A DNA stretch of 54,484 bases, counting the filler, from Bipalium vagum (lineage: Eukaryota): the NCBI GenBank assembly GCA_037834085.1. It is 3 parts of 3 records of this genome, joined end to end, with 100 filler letters (N's around TTAATTAATTAA, not from the genome) between each part and the next. Parts side by side here need not be neighbours in the genome. Positions count along the whole stretch, not along the records: positions 34,679 to 54,484 come from JBBMKC010267354.1; 2 more parts are not named here. One strand, 5' to 3'. Positions 51,455 through 54,484 of this stretch are shown here, piece by piece (the first letter of the stretch is position 1; the number at the start of each line of letters is the position of its first letter). Both the position numbers and the translations under genes were made by a program. The notes under the pieces were generated by a model, which worked only from the letters and a program-made list of their open reading frames with translations, was not told the DNA's origin and did no database searches.

Positions 51455-52975
51455 ATGATTCTGATTGTATTTTGTGTAATTATTTTGGTGATCGTTGGTA
51501 AGAAGATCATAGGACGGCAATCATCAATTCCAAAGGGTTATAAAGAGCTGCCACTGGAAAGAGGTCTTCCAATCCTAGGTATCATCTTTCAAATCAAAAG
51601 GTCAATGACGTTTCATTTAAAAGAGCTTGGCAAAAAGCACGGATCTCTGTTTGCTATAAGGTTGGGAATGAGAGATATTGTGGTGCTGAATGATTACGAT
51701 ATCATTAAAAAAGCTCTAAAGGACAAATCAGACATTTTCTCAGGCCGATTTGAGCCCGAGTATAAGAAGAAAGTAACACATAATTTTGGATTTGGTTTTC
51801 ATGATGGAGAGATGTGGAGTAGGCACAGGGCTTTTGTGAATACTGTCTTTCAAAATTTTGGAGTCGGTAAATCGAAATCTGAAGACGTTGTGCAAAATGA
51901 ATGTTCCTGTATGATAGAAGACCTTACGAGACTTGACGGGAAAGTTGTGAATATTTGCGACTTCTTTTCCCTTTACATTGCGAACGTGATTTCTCATTTT
52001 ATGTTTGGCAAAAGAGTGAAAAGAGAAAGTAAAGAATTGAACTTTATGCGTCAAATATTTAAAAAAAATATCAAATCTCAAGAATTGTCCGATTATCTTA
52101 GCTTAATCTTTCCGTTTCTCAATACCAATTCTCTGTTCGTCAAGCTCTCCTACCGCTTTGCGCCATCACGGTACCTTTTTGATAATATTTTTGAAATATT
52201 TCAACAAGAGATCGATGAACATGAGAAAACATTAAACCCGGTTTCCGGAGGAGAAGACTTCATAGACATGTATTTAATAAGAAGGAACGAAATGATCAGA
52301 GAATTTGGAGAGGATAAAGGGTTTAATGATGGTAATCTGATTCTCATGATGCATGAATTTAATGCGGCCGGATTCGATACTTTGTCAACCTTTGTGGAAT
52401 GGGCCTGCATGTTCATGTCCAGGCACCAAGATATTCAAAAGCAAGTGTACAAGGAGATAGTTGAAAACATTGGAGGTGAGAGGATGATAAATTTCAACGA
52501 CAAAGCCAATCTGAAATATACCCAATCAGTTATTGATGAAATATTGCGAATGAGTTCAATTTCCGCTTTCAGCATTCCTCATCGAACTTTAACTGATACC
52601 TCTGTGGATGGATATTTCATTAAGAAAAATTCCGTTGTCTTTCCAAACTTATACAATTGTCATTACGACCCAGATGTGTGGAAGAATCCAATGCAGTTTG
52701 ACCCGAAGAGATTTTTAACAACGGATTCTAATGGTGAGATGAAATATACTCCTCGAAAAGAGCTCATTCCCTTTGGCATTGGAAAAAGAGAATGTCCCGG
52801 AATAAATTTGGGCCGAATGGAAAGTTTTACATTCTTCGCCAACCTTTTGCAGAAGTTTGAAATAACGTCTGCTGAAGAAATAAGTGAAAAGAAATATGAA
52901 GACGCTCTTTATGAAGATGGTTACATAATGCGACCTTGTCCAATGAAGGAGTTCATTATTAAAAGACGATTTTGA
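51455..52975 (+). CDS. Cytochrome P450 (CYP2-clan-like), intronless; copy D
   Basis: 506 aa with WSRHR, AGFDT, EILR, FDPKRF and PFGIGKRECPG. Confidence 0.95.
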   Translation: MILIVFCVIILVIVGKKIIGRQSSIPKGYKELPLERGLPILGIIFQIKRSMTFHLKELGKKHGSLFAIRLGMRDIVVLNDYDIIKKALKDKSDIFSGRFEPEYKKKVTHNFGFGFHDGEMWSRHRAFVNTVFQNFGVGKSKSEDVVQNECSCMIEDLTRLDGKVVNICDFFSLYIANVISHFMFGKRVKRESKELNFMRQIFKKNIKSQELSDYLSLIFPFLNTNSLFVKLSYRFAPSRYLFDNIFEIFQQEIDEHEKTLNPVSGGEDFIDMYLIRRNEMIREFGEDKGFNDGNLILMMHEFNAAGFDTLSTFVEWACMFMSRHQDIQKQVYKEIVENIGGERMINFNDKANLKYTQSVIDEILRMSSISAFSIPHRTLTDTSVDGYFIKKNSVVFPNLYNCHYDPDVWKNPMQFDPKRFLTTDSNGEMKYTPRKELIPFGIGKRECPGINLGRMESFTFFANLLQKFEITSAEEISEKKYEDALYEDGYIMRPCPMKEFIIKRRF

Positions 52976-53104
52976 TATTCCAATCGTTAAGCCCACTGAT
53001 CTTTTAACCTATGAAACTAATCGGCTGAATTTGTTGACTATTTTGTTGATTATTATTTGCTATCATTAAAATTATTATTTATCATTTATCATTTTGTTTC
53101 TAAC

Positions 53105-53830
53105 ATAGGAGAGACCCCCTCCAAAAAAAAACCCCGGCTTGATTTTAGTGCAATTTTGAATGAACTTTGAATGGTTTCACACTCTTTGTTATGAACGCTC
53201 ACCACCGCGCTTGCACGATTATCAGTGTCAATTATTATTACTTAATAATCGAATGAAAATAGAATAAAAACAAAAAAAGGAAATAGTTTTATGTTTACTT
53301 TAAAATGAAAACGAAAGAAAATATTCGAAACTATGTTACCATAAGCCGATTTCAGTTCAGGTCCCAAGAAGGTTGGCACGGCTTATATGTGACCCATCAT
53401 CTCTCAAAACTCGACTGCCGTTTTCAATTGAAGATTGAGAATCACTATAATGAATCAATTTTTTTCTCAATAAACTAAATTTTTTAAGCGCTCGCTTCCT
53501 TAGACAGCCACCTTTAGAGACGACGTTGACCATTCATGTCGTCTAACACAGCCCTGAAAACAGAGAACCCACTCGTTCTAACGATAAAAAGAATATCTTT
53601 TCCGGTCGATCAAACAGAAAGGAAATATTTCTTTCTTGTCACCGAAGTAAGTTGAAATATTTTTATTTCATATCCATTCACGGGTATAATGATAATTATT
53701 TTTTTCTTTTCGCTATATCAGACACAAGGGAATAAGGTAATTTAAAAACCTCCAACTGGTGGTATTTTGTAAAACTCCGTCTCGGGTAAAAATTTAATTA
53801 ATCGCTAATCTGGGATAAAAACAAATTCTA
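53105..53830 (-). mobile_element. Possible pogo-like transposon remnant
   Basis: Minus-strand RHEWSTSSLKVAV (psq-HTH-like) and DGSH/GHIS resembling the DGHxSH motif. Heavily deleted, with approximate boundaries. Confidence 0.4.
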
Positions 53831-54484
53831 CAGTAATGATTACATTACTACAAACTACAGTAACGATTAAGAGAGCCGATTGGGAGAATTTAGTGCTAGA
53901 GATGAGAAACCAAATGAAGCATTTAAAAGATCCTTTTTTTAAAATATAAATCATATAGTTATACACCAATAGATAATAAATCTAAAAAATCTTATTTGGT
54001 AAAAGAATGAAAGAAATAGATAAAAAGGTTTGAATTGATTTAATTGATTGATCGAAAAAATTAATATTTCAACAAATCATGGAATTAAAACTGACAAACA
54101 TAATATTTATTTATATTGCTCAATATTTAGTGTATCAAACTTTAAACCTAACTCCAACTCTTAGGTGGTGCGAAATAACAACAATCAGTAAAGCATTAAC
54201 GTATTTATAACACAACAACTCACACAAAATCACACTGATAACAATTTCACAAAATCGTCAAACTCAGCAAAAGGATCACAATTATGTCTAAAATGTTTCA
54301 AATGTCTTAAATAATATTGAATCAAATCAATCAAAACAGAATATTCATTGAAAATCAATTTTAAAAATCAATTAATTATAACAATATACAAAACAAAGTT
54401 AATGGAAACAATTAATAAATAAAAACAAAAATCAAACTTAAATAATAATTAATGAATAATAATATTAAAGAATGTTAAGAAAAG

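Noticed and set aside
1-54484. Prokaryotic features (CRISPR array, operons, rRNA/tRNA)
   Set aside because: Spliceosomal introns and animal genes throughout. No repeat-spacer array or structured RNA gene was recognised.

Overview
Very AT-rich eukaryotic (animal) genomic DNA. The 42-45 nt introns, the divergent DEG/ENaC and the TE load suggest a triclad flatworm (planarian), but that is inference. Host genes: (i) four spliced minus-strand exons (3.6-16.4 kb) encoding the DH domain of a PLEKHG5/6/7-like RhoGEF, with TE-filled introns; (ii) a 2-exon LAMTOR4; (iii) a DEG/ENaC channel subunit with an intronless CDS, convergent with (iv) a 5-exon TMEM17; (v) a cluster of intronless CYP2-clan-like cytochrome P450s (three intact, one mosaic pseudogene), each preceded by AGGTCA direct-repeat (nuclear-receptor/HNF4-like) motifs. 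The rest is mostly degenerate mobile DNA: mariner, Tc1/Tc3, rosa-like, pogo-like, Merlin, hAT-Buster, an REL-endonuclease non-LTR element and a MITE. There are also three decayed fragments of a Polinton/Maverick (adintovirus-like) element carrying PolB, packaging ATPase, penton-like, protein-X-like, PLA2-like and integrase remnants. In two copies the parvovirus-type PLA2-like domain appears to run into the integrase as one ancestral ORF, which is the most unusual signal here. Two N-gaps contain an artificial TTAATTAATTAA linker. All family calls come from motif recognition by eye; no searches were run.
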